Positions 39,311-52,524 of a stretch of DNA of 64,000 nucleotides are shown in pieces. Origin of the DNA: Camelus ferus (Eukaryota); assembly GCF_009834535.1 (NCBI RefSeq), contig NC_045697.1:19532001-19596000 (forward strand), given 5' to 3'. The first letter of the stretch is position 1. Each line of letters opens with the position of its first letter. The notes under the pieces were generated by a model, which saw only the letters and a program-made list of their open reading frames with translations, had not been told where the DNA came from and ran no database searches. Position numbers and translations under genes: made by a program.

Positions 39311-40789
39311 CACTGTCTTTCAATAGGTTATTTTTATTGAACTGTTTTATTATTACTGCATAAAAGATATTATTTTATCTGCTTTGCATGCTATTTGATT
39401 TTCACCCTTATCCTAATTAAATAAAGACTTAAACTGTGAGGGTTCAATGAAATAACATGGTTCATCAGGGTAAAAAATAAATGAATGCAAGACTATTATA
39501 ATTGTTAATTCTTTTCTAACTTTAGGGAAAATTTATAGAGTAATATTTATATACCTAATTTATACAGCTTATATTTTTATATTGTATATTTTATGTAAAA
39601 TAATAAAATTTTGTGGCTTTTAAAATTTTATATAATTATAATTATATAAAATAGTTTAAAGTATTATAAATAAAATACAAAATTATATAATAATAATAGT
39701 AGCACTGTTAGGTTCTATTATAACTGTTTTGTATCCAGTGTTGATTTAGTCCTAAAAACCACCTGTGAGATAATACTAGTATTTTTCCTAATTCAAGAAT
39801 AAAAGAAAAGAGGTTCAGAGATGGGAAAAAAATCAGAATTACTCATTTATGATTCTTAATCCAAACTTTAACTGCTCTGAGAGTCCAGTTCTGACAGCTC
39901 CTATTTTCTAATCTTTTTTTCATGTATTTTCAAGCACATGCTGTTTCCTAATCATATATTTTATCCTTATTTTCTAATGCTATCACATTGTCAGAGAATA
40001 TGACCCTGGGATACAATTTTTTTGCATGCAAATCTCCAGTCAGATAAGTCATTTTCCCCTGGGAAAGAGAAAGGGGTAAAGAGATGCCATGGATGTTACA
40101 ATGACAGGTGATCTGTGCAGGGAAGGGATAATTTGAAATGGGAAGAAGCATTGCCCAAATTCAAGTCTGCCAGCCTATCTAGATGAACAGTCCTACCTAT
40201 GTGCAGCCTCCACTTTCTCACCGCCTTCTGTTTCTTTAGAGAGGGAGGAGTCGGTGAAGGTGAAGATAAAGCAGGCAGAGTATCTAAAATTCTCAGTGTG
40301 TGTGATGCATGTGAACAAAATTCCTCCTAATGAGCATCTCTTTTCCTCCCCACCATCTCTCTCCCTGAATGCTACCCTGTCACCTGCAGGAAAACCTGAG
40401 CTGATAAAAGTTACATCAGCACCTGGAGGAAGAATGAGAATTCCAGCCAGAGAAAAAGAAAATGATTAAAGTGAAGAACATTCTGAATTTTGTGGAAGAG
40501 ATAGCTCATCCTTTATTGCTTGTACACCAGCTTACTATTGGAATATAATATACCAGTCAACCCTGAAACATACTGTCTTTTCCTCATCAACACTGTGATG
40601 CAGAGATGGGAGTGGCAGTAATGCAAGGGTGGGCAGTGGCTTCTTTACATCTGTGTATGGCTAGGTGGATCCCATGCTTTCTGAGACACATTTGCACTCC
40701 TGTCTCTCACCTCCCAAAACATAACTGGGACAAGGGTGTGCATGTGAGTAAATACATCTAGGGTTATTGGATGTTAGAGCATCAAGTTC

Positions 40790-41030
40790 TAAAGTTCTAA
40801 AGAATGGTGGGGTGGAAATCTTGCTTCAACCTCATAATACCTGTGTGAACTGGGGCAACAGATGCGACTTTCTGTGTTTTAAAATAGGAATCTTTAAAAT
40901 AAGAATGATGATATTAGTAGTATACACCTTATATAGTTGGTGCAAAGTTCAAATGAAATAATCTATTTAAAAAAACTTAACAAAGCACCTGACACATAGT
41001 GCTTAAGCATTATTAACATTATTAGTAATA
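40790..41030 (+). mobile_element. MIR
   Basis: 'ctgtgtgaactggggcaa...aagcacctgacacatagt'. Confidence 0.7.
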
Positions 41031-41098
41031 TCTTTATTTATAATCTCATTGGTATGAAGGACTCAGGATCACGAGCCCTTGTTTATTTGTAAAAGAAA

Positions 41099-41136
41099 CG
41101 TGTGTGTGTGTGTGTGTGCGCGTGCGTGTGTGTGTA
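41099..41136 (+). repeat. (TG)n/(CG)n alternating purine-pyrimidine tract
   Basis: 'cgtgtgtgtgtgtgtgtgtgcgcgtgcgtgtgtgtgta'. Confidence 0.9.
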
Positions 41137-41659
41137 CTGTGTGCAAGGCTAAAATACAAGCACATGGTTGAGTAGAACATACATAATGTTTTTGGATGTG
41201 TCTACTCTTCTGCCATCACTCAGTTTACACAAGGGAAGCCATCAGGAGCTAAGCTCATATCTTTTTCCAGAATGAGTTCGCCATAGACGTTCTTTGGCAT
41301 CTCAGATAATGAATTTTGTCACCCAAGCCAATGGTCTTTTGGAACCACGATTACTCAAATATATAGATTGATAAACAAATCTGCCAAGACTTTTAATTTA
41401 TGTCTCATAGAATTTGAAAGCTACAAGAGACCACATTACCTCTATTGCATATGAAGAAATTGATGCACAGAGAATAATCTTTTGAAAATGTGCACTGAAT
41501 GATACCGTCCTTCTGAATGAAACCACTTAGTACTCTAACTTAGCATAAAACAGTCTTTAGCAAGTTTAGATGAATCTAAATGGTTGGGTTTTGGTTCTTC
41601 CTACAGAATCATTTTTCCATTTTCCCTATCTCTTACTTTTTATTTGACTTACCTTGCCT

Positions 41660-42030
41660 CTGATCCTGCTCAAATATTTTTCCTATCGCCCAGAATTTAT
41701 CACATTCTTCCCTCAACTGCTCCACTTACCCCTTAATCTAGCTAAATTCAACTCATTCTTAATATCTCAATTTAAATCTCACCTTGTCAGTAAAGCCTTC
41801 CTTGATAGACCAAGCAAGATTGGGTTCTTGTTGATAAATGCCCTATTAGCTATCACAAAACTAACACTTTTTCTCAGCATTATTGTCTTTCTGACTACAT
41901 ATCTTGTGTAAGATGAGAGGTTGTGAAGAATTCTGAAACTGTGTCTTATTTGTTTAACATTGTATTTCCATTGCTTAGCACACTGCCTAGTGCATAATAG
42001 ACATTTAATAGAATAGCTGAATGAACACAT
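41660..42030 (+). mobile_element. L2 3' end
   Basis: 'ctcattcttaatatctcaatttaaat...gcttagcacactgcctagtgcataatagacatttaata...tgaatgaa'. Confidence 0.8.
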
Positions 42031-43765
42031 AAATAATTCCATAATTATGATTTTGCTAATGGCCCAAATCACATTATTGATACCAGTGAGGTAACAGCAG
42101 TGTTAGAGCTAATTTCTAAATGACTACCACAGGAGAAATAGCCTATAAAAAGTATATATTGTAAATGAAATCTCTCTGAGGAAAAAAACACATTTCAGGA
42201 AGATCCTTGAAGATATAATTGTAACTTCTTACTTTAATTCTATGAGTCACAGGAATTTGTAGGGATTTTCCTTTTGTTTTTGGTCCATACTGAAAACAAC
42301 AAAAATAAGGGTGTACATACAGCGTCTTGACAAAGAAAGCGTTCAGGTTCTGCATGTCGGGAAATGGCCAGCAGTGAAAGTTCACTGGAGTATTTCTTTA
42401 CAATTTTAATAATATAAACTTTCCTAATGATTTATATCAGGCATTATAAAGCAACTTATTAATTAGTCTTCCAGCTAATGTTGTGTTACTAATATTTGGG
42501 TCATTATGCTGTAGAATTAGGTATTGAAATGAATTAAAAGCACAGAACTCCGCAGCTGGTGACCAGCCGAAGAATGGTGGAATATAGCAATGTTTATACA
42601 CCTTTAACCTATATTTTAATAAGTTTATTATTTTCTATTTTAAAATAAGTTAATCTACAACTTTGCTTTCACTATACATATGCTAGTTTCAGCATCCCAG
42701 GTATCGCAGTCACTTATTCAATTGATTTTGATTCTATTTTTTATTAAGATACTGGGCATCTGAAAACTCCAAAGTAAAAATGATAATAAAAAGGAATGAC
42801 AAAGATAGTAACTAGAGAATTGATAATTGGCATAACTATAGAACATGATTTTTCTCAGTTTTGACACATTTCATCTCTCTATCTTTCACATATCTCATTA
42901 GAAGTGTCTTGGAATACACAGAAAAAAGGAAAACAAGCTTAGAAAGTTGATTGTATCATTAAACTGTCAAACATAATAAGGTTTATAGTAAGACAGGGCA
43001 TTAATATATAAAAAGCCATTGTACATTCTAAAATTGCTTTACTTTTTTTGAAAGTTAAGTTTCTTTTTCCATCAAGATTTGTTTTATGTGAGTAATTAAG
43101 AAGCTTGTGGTCTTGAAGTACCAACAATTAAAGTAAAATAGCTCAAGCTGATAAATGTTTAACCAAAAACAAAATATAAGAATCTAGGGTTTTTTCCTTT
43201 CCTCTGAAAAAAAGAGAGCTTGTTTCCCTTTCTTTATTCTTTCTTGGAAATACGTATTTGCATTTTGTGACTTCACATCCAGGGTGAAAAATGCATGTCT
43301 GTAAGTTTGTCTAATTCTACGGTGTGTCCTTCATAAATCAGCATTTGTTTGTTCCACTATCTGCATTCAATTACCGAATAAAAAATTTAGTCTTCTTTTT
43401 TTGGGTTCTGCTACCATTTTTCTCCAGTGTCAGATAATAAAATATATCAGCCTGGCCCTAAAACTGTCTCTTTATTCTTTGTCTCTGGTGTTCAGTCATT
43501 TAACCATCTCTCTTAGCTATGCTGCCTGAGATTCAGGACCCGAGTACCCTTCATGTGCCTGTATTGGATGGAGTAGATTTGACTCCCTCCGCCAATAAGT
43601 AAATAAAGATTCAACCATCAATCAAGTCTTCTGGCTACAAGGAGAAGCCATGTTAACCAACTGCTTTCTCACTTACAGCCGTAGTATTTTCTTTGTGGCA
43701 TGGGTTACCATTTTGAACGTATTTACAAGAAGCAAATTACAGAATTTTGGATTTAAAAGAGCTTG

Positions 43766-44448
43766 TGCAGTATTTGTCTTTCTGTCTGACTTATTTCACT
43801 AAGTATAATATTCTCTAGGTCCATCCATGTTGCTGCAAATGGCAGAAATTTATTCTTCCCTATGGCTAAGTTATATTCCATTATATGTATGTATATATCA
43901 TCTCTTCTTTACCTAGTTTTCTGCTGATGGACACTTAGGTTGCTTCCATATCTTAAGTACTGTTTATTTAGTGCTGCTGTGAACACTAGGGTGCATGTAT
44001 CTTTTTGAATTAGTGTTTTGGTTTTTTCTGGATATCTATCAGAGGTGGAATTGCTGGATTATGTGGTCATTCTACTTTCAGCTTTTTGAAGAGCCTCCAT
44101 ACTATTTCCCATAGTGGCTGCACCAATTTACATTCCCACCAACATTGTACAGGAGTTCCCTTGTCTCCACATCCTCTCCAACATTTGTAGTTTGTAAACT
44201 TTTTGATGATAACCATTCTAACAAGTGTTATGTGATATCTCATTGTTTTGATTTGCATTTCTCCAATACAAACTACTATATATAAAATATATAAGCACCA
44301 GGACATATTTTATAGCACAGGAAATTATAACCATTATCTTGTAATAATTTTAATGGAGTAAAATCTGTAAAAATATTGGATTACTATACTGTACACCTGA
44401 AACTAATATAACATAAATCAGCTACACTTCAATAAACATGAATTAAAG
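43766..44448. mobile_element. 5'-inverted (twin-primed) L1: antisense ORF2 end ~43766-44266, then sense 3' UTR end ~44267-44448
   Basis: ORF 44067-44306(-) reads EMQIKTMRYH...KCWRGC...[15 protein letters not shown] aagagcttgtg (43757-43767) / aagagcatgtg (44449-44459). Confidence 0.85.
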
Positions 44449-46524
44449 AAGAGCATGTGTAGCTCAACCAGTTCGAACTATCTTCCCACTTCTAATGCAA
44501 GAATATTTATAACATTCCTTGAGATCTTGTTTTGTTTTATTGATTTCCAACAGGACTTCAAATGAAACAAAGACAACTGATAACATTAACAAAAACGTGT
44601 CTTTATTGAGCAGCAAGATATAGGTAATGTCAGAATATGTAAGTTGAGCTTGCATTTAGAGTTGACATGAATAGCCCAGGGACAGATAAACTGTGTTATG
44701 GTAGCATCTCTACTGGCGGTTAGGGGTCAATGCCACGCATATCAAAGAACTGGGACAGCAGAGAAAGTTAAGAAAAACCCATCATCTACCACCAAGGCTT
44801 TCATCGATAAATAATACTTGGTTTAACACATGTCATGTGCTGAGAACTCTGGTAGATTTAGGGTTTAGAAAGCAAAGCAAAGCTTCTAATATCAAGAAAA
44901 TTACAATCTCTATGAAAAGACAGTTTCCCTAAAATAATAAGTGAGTAAGTGATTAATTATGGAGTATAGGCATGTTAGTTGCAAGTATTTACATGAGTTA
45001 GAGGTAGTTAAGAGGTTTATACCAATAAACAATACCTAAAGGCAGTAAGTATCTGATAGAAGAATTAGGCATTCAGTCATCAGTTTATTCCCAAATATTT
45101 AGATAGTTTACTATTACAGCAAAATCATAGAATATAAAAAGGACATAGAATTGTTTTAATTCTTTTAGTGGCTGCCTTAGTATTTACAATGTACTTCTCT
45201 AATTAAACAGTCTACTTTTAAATATTATATACTTCACATGTAGTGTTAACCATTAGAACCATTAGTATATTCCAAACTGTTTCTTTTCATCCTTTGAGCC
45301 ATTGTTATATTTTACATTTATATGTGTTATACATTTACAACATGTAGCTATCTTTTCTACTTTAATGATTAGTTGTCTTTTAATATAATTCCAATAAACA
45401 AAAATTCATTTTAATTCATCTGTTCCATTTCCTGCGTTTTTTATATCCAGATTTCTGTCTGCTGTCATATTTTTTCTTCCTAAAGAACTTCCTTTATCAG
45501 TTCTTGTAATATGGATCTACTGACAATAAATTCTCTCCATTTTTATATGAGAAAGTCTTGATTTCTCTCTCATTTTTGAAAGAAATTTTCACTAAGTTTA
45601 GAATTATAGCTTAAGAGTTTCTTTTAGCACTTTAGACATCTTTCATTATCTTCTGTCTTGTATAGTTTTTGACAGGAAGTCTTTTATATTTTTCATCTTT
45701 ATTCTTCCATATATAACATGTCTTTTATCTATGGCTGTCTTTAAGACCTTTTTTTTTTTTTTTTTTTGGTTTTTAGCAGTTTGACTGATATATCCACATT
45801 TTTATTTGCTTTTTAAAGTTTCTTTTGTCCCTTTGGTATTTATCTTGCTTGGTGTTCTCTAAGATTCTTAGATTTGGGGTTTGGTGTTGGTCATTAATAT
45901 TGAAAAATTCATGGTTATTTCTTCAAATATTTATTCTGCCCTGTTCCCTTTCTTTTCTCTTTTAGGGGTTCCAATTAAATCTGTTAGACTGCTTGATATT
46001 TTCCCATGTCTCTTGGATGCTCTGCTCTTTTTATTTTTAGTTTTTCATTTTTTTCCCTTTGTATTTTGGTTTGGATCATATATATTGACCTGTCTTTAAG
46101 TTCACTGATTCTTTCCTCAATATTATTAAGACTACTGATAAGATCAGGAAAGGTAATACTGTACTTTTTATTTCTAACATTTTCATTTGATTCTTTCTTA
46201 TAGTTTTCATCTCTCTGATAAATTTCCTTTCTAATTTTGCATGTTATCCACCTTTTCTCTTACAGTCTTTGACTTATTAATTAATAATTTTAAATACTTT
46301 GATAATCTAACACCTGTATCACATTTGCATCTATTTCTTTTGATTACTTTGCCTCTTGACATTTTGGTGGATTTTTCCTCCTTTTTCAATTGCATCATGC
46401 TTTTGTTGTTGGTGGTGGTCAGTGTGATGGTTAATTTTATGTATTGACTTGACTGGGTCAAGGAGTACCCCGATATTTATATATATATTATATATTATAT
46501 GTGTGTAACATATATGTAATATGT

Positions 46525-47041
46525 GAATATTATTCCCCTATGAGAAAGAAGGAAATCTTGCTATTTGTGGTGATATAGATAAACCCTGAGGTCATTATGC
46601 TAAATGAGTAAGTCAAACAAAGAAAGACAAATACTATATGATCTCACTTATAGATAGAATCTAAAAAAAAAATAAGTTGAACTCGTAGAAACATAGTAGA
46701 ATGGTGGTTATCAGGGATTGGGGCTGCAGGAAATGAGGATATGGTGATCAGAGTACCAGACTTCAGTTATAAGATGAATATGTTCTGTGCAGCTAATGTA
46801 TAGCATAGTGACTATAGTTAACAATAGTATGCTACATACTTGAAATTTGCTAACAGAGTAATCTTAAACATTTTCACCACACATACACACACAAAAAAGT
46901 TAATTATGTAAGGTGAAGAACGTAACTAACTTGACTGTGGTAACCATTTCAGAAAGTATACATATGTCAAATCACCATGTTGTAAAATGTAAGTTTATAC
47001 AATTTGTTTGCTAATTATACCTCAATATAGCTGGAAAAAAA
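46525..47041 (+). mobile_element. L1MA-like 3' end inserted in the 5' MLT2 LTR
   Basis: 'aagaaggaaatcttgctatttgtg...agaaagacaaatactatatgatctcacttata...aattatacctcaatatagctggaaaaaa'. Confidence 0.85.
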
Positions 47042-47267
47042 GTTGACCGTTCCACAAGTTAGGGAGAATTCTTTTTGCCTGACTGCCTTCAAGCTGGGCC
47101 ATCATCTTTTTCCTGACTTTGAACTAGAACTAAAATATCAGCTTTTCCTGGGTCTTAGGACTGTTGATCTTTGGACTGGAACTATGCCACTGGATCTTTT
47201 AGTTTTCAGGCCTTTGAATTATTCACACTGGATCTAAACTATCACCTCTCCTAGGTCTCCAGTTTTT

Positions 47268-47268
<1 letters not shown>

Positions 47269-47322
<54 letters not shown>

Positions 47323-47341
47323 CTACACATATATATATGTA
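47269..47341 (+). repeat. (TG)n(TA)n microsatellite inside the MLT2 LTR
   Basis: Direct reading. Confidence 0.93.
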
Positions 47342-47744
47342 TTGTTCTTTTTCTCTGATGAATTCTTGCTAATATAGATTTTGGCACTGAAAGTGGTTCT
47401 AGAGGAACAGAATTTTAAGGATGAGTTTGCTGAATTAGTTCTTGCATTTCTGGAATTAGCTCTCTAATGTGATTAGATTTTAAATGCTAATGATTTTATT
47501 TCCAGTAGTAAACAGAGCACTGGTAGTTCGTGGTGTGATAGTCATGTTAGAAATATGCAAAATATAAACATTGAATGCTTCTAATCACTTAAAAGAAACA
47601 AGGGTCTATGTATATAATACTTCTAGACAATTTTTTTTGTCAAACTAATAAATAGAATAAGATTGGCTGGTTGGTTCTAATGTTGCTGGACAACGTGGGG
47701 AATGAAATGTATGAATGAAAAGAAATTTGCCTTTCTCTTCTGCA

Positions 47745-50100
47745 TGATACCACTCTTGTAAGTTACATTGATGACATTATGCTGGTTGGACCTAGTGAGC
47801 AAGTAGAAACTATTTAGACTTATTAGCAAAAGATCTGCATGTTTGAGGGGACAAAATAAATGTGACAAAATTTCAGAGGATTTTTAGCTCAGTGAAATTT
47901 CTAGAGGTCCAGTAGTGTGGTGTATGCAGGTAACCTTTTTAAGGAGACAAATAATTTGTCACAACTGACTTCTCTTACAACCACAAAAGAGGCACTGTGT
48001 CTGGTGGGCTTCTTTGGATTTTGACAGCAACATATTATTCCAGCCCATTTACTGAGTGACCAAAAAACTAGTTTCAATGTGACCTAGAACAAGAGAAGAC
48101 TCTGGAACAGGTCCAGGCTGCTGTGCTGTTTGGGCCAGATGATCAAGCACATCCAGTGGTGCTTGAAGTGGCAGTGGCAGAGAGGGATGCTGTTCAGAGC
48201 CCTTGGCAGGTTTCTATGGGTGAATTGCAGTGTAGGCTTTTGGGATTTTGGAGCACAGCCCTTCCATCCTCTGCAAGTAACTACTTCCCTTTTGAGAAAC
48301 AGCTCTTGGCCTGCTACTAGGCCTTCGTAGAGACTGAATGCTTAACCATGGGCCACCAAGTTACCATTGAGCTGAGTTGCTCATCATGAACTTGGTGTTA
48401 TCTGAACCACCAAGTTATAAAGTTAGTTGTGCAAAGCAACACTTCATCAATCAAATGGAAGTGGTATATATGAGATCGAATCCAAGCAGGCCCTGAAAGC
48501 ACAAGTAAATTATATGAAGAAGTGGGCCAAATAGCCATGGTCCCTACCGCTGCTACACTGCTTTCTCTCTCTGAGTCTGCACTTCTGGCTTTATGAGGAG
48601 TTCCCTATACTCAGTTGACAAAGGAAGAGAAGACTTGGACCTGGCTTATGGATGGTTCTCCACAATGTGCAGGTACCACCTGAATGTGGGTAGTTATAAC
48701 ACTACAGCCCTTTTCTGGGACATCCCTGAAAGGCAATTGTGAAGGAAATCCTCCCAGTGAGCAGAACTCTAATTGTGCACCTAGTTGTTTATTTTGTTTG
48801 GAAGGAAAGAAGGTCATAAATTCAGTTTTATACCAATTCAAGTGCTGTGTCTAGTTGTTTGGCTGGATGGTCAGACATCTGGAAGGAGAATGATCGGAAA
48901 ACTGGTTTCAAGGAAATCTGGGGAAGAGGTTATGTGGATAGATCTCTATGAATGAAAAAATATTGAATATATTTTTGTCTCATGTGAATGCTTAGGGTGA
49001 TTTCAAAAGAGGAGAATTTTGATAATCAAGTGGATAGGATGACCTGTCTTGTGGATACCAATCAGCCTTTTTCTCCAGCTACCCCTATCATCACCCAGTG
49101 GGATCATAAACAAAGTAACTATGGCTGCAAGAATGGAATTTTTGCATAAGCTCAGCAACATGGACTTCTACCCACTAAGGCCAGTCTGGCTACTGACACT
49201 ACTGAGTGCCCAACCTGCCAGCAGCAGAGACCAGCACTGAGTCCCTGATGTGGCACCATTCCCAAGGTGATCAGCCAGCTATCTGGTGGCGGGTTGATTA
49301 CATTGGATTGATTTCATCACAATAGGGGAAACATTCTGCTCTTATTGGAACAGATACTTATTTTGGATACAGATCTGCCTTTTACTACATGCAATGCTTT
49401 TGCTAAAATTTTCGTGAATTTACAGAATGCCTTACCCACCATCATGGTATTAGAAGGAATTCTGATTGAAGAAATCACTTCTCAGCAAATGAAGAGCAGC
49501 AATGAGCCAAGCTCATGGAATTCACTAGTCTTACCACGTTCTCTGTTATCCTGAAACAAGACAGCTTGATAAAATGGTAGAAGGCATCATGAAGACATAG
49601 ATACAGTTCCGACTAAGTGACAGTATCTACCAGGATTGGGCAAGGTTCTCCAAAGGTGATATATGCTCTGAGTCAGAGTTTAGCTGTTTGTCCCACAGCT
49701 ATGATTCAGGGATCCAAGAATCAAGTGGTGGAAATGGAAGGGGCATCACTTACCTCTAGTGACCCACTAACAAAATTTTTCCTTCCCATTCTCATGACCT
49801 TAGGTTCTGCTGACCTAGAGGTCTTAGTTCCAAAGGAAGGATGCTTCCACCAGGAGACACAACAGAGATCTACTGAAATAGAAGATAAGGCTGTTGCTCA
49901 ACCAACTTAGAATCCTCATGCTTTTGAATTAACAGTCAAAGAAGGGACTTACATTGCTAGCTGGGGTGAATAATCCTGAGCACCAAAGAGAAATTGGACC
50001 ACTTCTTTATGACGGCGATAAGAAAGAGTATGTCTAGAAGAAAGGAGATTCCTTAGGGTTTCTATTAGTATTACCATGCCCTGTGGGTAAAGTCAATGGA
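47745..50100 (+). pseudogene. pol: Degenerate ERVL pol (RT C-part, RNase H, integrase, dUTPase-like), with many stops and frameshifts
   Basis: YIDDIMLVGPSEQ at ~47764; NYFPFEKQLLACY (end of ORF 48123-48320); W.MDGS RNase H motif ~48642; ECPTCQQQRP ~49204; W.VDYIG ~49284. Confidence 0.9.
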
Positions 50101-50453
50101 ATGCTACAACCCAATCTAATAATGGCCTAATAATGGCTCAAAACTTGCAGAAATGCAGGTTTGGGTCACCCAACCAGGTAAGGGACCATGACAAGCTGAG
50201 ATGCTTGCTGAAGGCAAAGGAAATACAGAATGGGTAGTGGAGGAAAGTAATTATGAATATCAGCTATGATCACATGACCAGTTATAGAACCAAGCACGCT
50301 AATTGTCGTAAGTACTTTCTCCTTAGTTTGTAATAAATGTTTGTGTGTACGTATGAATATATATATTACATATATTATGCAAATACCTTTGTTTTCTTCA
50401 TTCTCTTTTCTCTCTTATTCTCTTACCATGTAATGTAAGATGTATTAACTTTA

Positions 50454-51017
50454 ACATTAATTAAACTTCAGTACACTAGACAGTTCCAGAGAAATGAAAA
50501 ATAGCAAGACAATATAGGTGATAAAAACAAATAGAGAATCAGGGAACTCTGATCTTCAGTCTTTGCTATTTCGTTAAGAAATAATTTCTTTATCTATAGA
50601 AATGACCCCCTAGCTAGCTAGGCCATGAGTGCTTTAAGCAATAAGCAATATGTTTTCAAATACATTTATTCTAACTTTACCTTCCTCAAAAATGGGCACT
50701 ATTTAAAGAGTATGGTTTGGAAAAATTAAAAGGAAGTAGAAAAGTAGGAAAAATTGCTTAAATAAATTTCTTACATCCTAGGTGAGGTCTGGGAAATTTT
50801 GCTTATTCCAATGTCATTTTAAAATTTTTATTGCATTGTAGCTCATTGCCTTGTTAAATAATTTTGCTTAAGACTCTAACTCTCAAATCATGAGTGGTCA
50901 GTAATTATTCATCAGTTTTTAATTTATTTTTTTATCCAGATCATTTTGCTTGATGCATAGTAGGTGGTCCATAAATGGATTTTAAATAAATGAATAAATA
51001 ATAACATTTTATATAAA
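50454..51017 (+). other. Non-ERVL retro-insert (orphan transduction or retrocopy) ending in an L2-like tail
   Basis: 17-bp TSD aagatgtattaacttta (50437-50453) / aagatgtattaatttta (51018-51034); AATAAA motifs and A-rich end. Confidence 0.78.
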
Positions 51018-52524
51018 AAGATGTATTAATTTTATATCATAGTATTTAAGTTACAAGATATCAAAAAGAAGATTAAATATCTCTCAAGGACTTTACTTCC
51101 TCTTCTAGGGAAGAGGTTGGCACATTTTTTGTTGTACGCAGGATAGTTTTATCATGTTATGCAGAATTATGACCTTGCTCTTGTCTTTATTTGAAGATTA
51201 AGTATGATTTAAGGAGTTATCTATGGGAACTAAGTTGACAAGGGGTGGACTTGTGAAGGCTTATTTTATGGGTCAACTTGATTGGTCCATAGGTTGCTCA
51301 GATATTTGGTCAAACATTATTCTGGGTGTTTCTGTCAGGTCATTTTTGGATGAAATTAACATTTAAATCAGTAAAATGAGTAATGCAGATTGCTTTCCCT
51401 AATGTGGGAGGGCCTCATCCAATCAACTGAAATCCTGATTAGAACAAAAAGCTGACCCTCCCATGAGTAAGAGGTAATTCCTCCTGCCTGACTGCCTTTT
51501 AACTGGGACACTGGATTTTTCCTGCCTTTGAACTTGAACTGAAACATCAGTTCTTCCTGGGTCTTGAGGCTGCTGCTCTTTGGAGTGGAACTACAATATT
51601 GGTTCCCCTGGGTCTCCAGCTTGCAGACTCCCCTGCAGATATGAGGGCTTTTTATCTTCCATAATTGCATGACCTAATTTCTTATGACAAATCTTCATCC
51701 CCTCCGCCAAGGATACATACATATATACATCCTATTGTTTCTGTTTCTCTGGAGAACCTTGACTAATACAGCCAGACACCTTGTGAAAAATAATAGACAC
51801 TGAGGTAAATAGATTTTTTACCTGGAAAAAGCATGTCCTTCATTCTTCTAGGCTTTTGGTTGTGGGATTAAGAGTCAATTTAGAAGTTAATCAGCATTTG
51901 GATTGTTTTGTTGTTATGTTTACCCTCAGTGCACTGCAGTCATCAAATTCCTGAGCACTCCTTTATTTTCTGATTGGTGGCAGGATTTCCAGATTTAAAT
52001 CTCCCCTTACTGCTTCACTTTTCTTCTGTTCTTGTAATGCCCCCATGGGGATTTCTCTCCTCTTTAATGTTTAATGCCTATTAGCCTCCTGTTAAGGCTG
52101 GTGGGGGCTTTCCCCATTTCTCTAATGAAGCCTCAGTCTTGGGCAGGCACTGTGTCCCTGGATCTTGGGGATGTGATCAGATCTGTGCTCCTATGCCTCC
52201 TCTGGCTATAATTTTCGATTACTTACCCCTCTCCCAGGCACTGAAGGCTTTTTTTCTGTTCCTTTCCCCGTGGCAATAGGTTTTCAGCTGTGTCCTCAAG
52301 AGACAGTAATTTTTGCCCCTCTCTCAGCAGTTTAAGGCTCTTGTCCCATGGGAGAATCAGGGGAGAAGAAATTTGGTGGGTTTTATTCCTTTCCTTTAGT
52401 GGCCCTTACATCCCCAGTGTACCATGAGGGAAACTCTCTCAAGTTTATTATTTAATATGTTTGTAAAAACCTATTGAAGTCCTTGGGGAAGGGTCTGCAA
52501 GAAGCTGAAAATTCTATTCATACC

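Larger units (their letters stand above)
46423..51770 (+). mobile_element. MLT2/ERVL provirus: 5' LTR 46423-~47376, gag-deleted internal region, 3' LTR 51252-51770
   Basis: Both LTRs start tgtga; internal start 'gattttggcactgaaagtggttctagagg'; PPT 'aaggggtggac'; 5-bp TSD gtcag (46418-46422) / gccag (51771-51775). Confidence 0.92.

Noticed and set aside
39520..39700. Extremely AT-rich tract with short palindromes
   Set aside because: Low-complexity sequence between MIRs; palindromes are expected at this composition.
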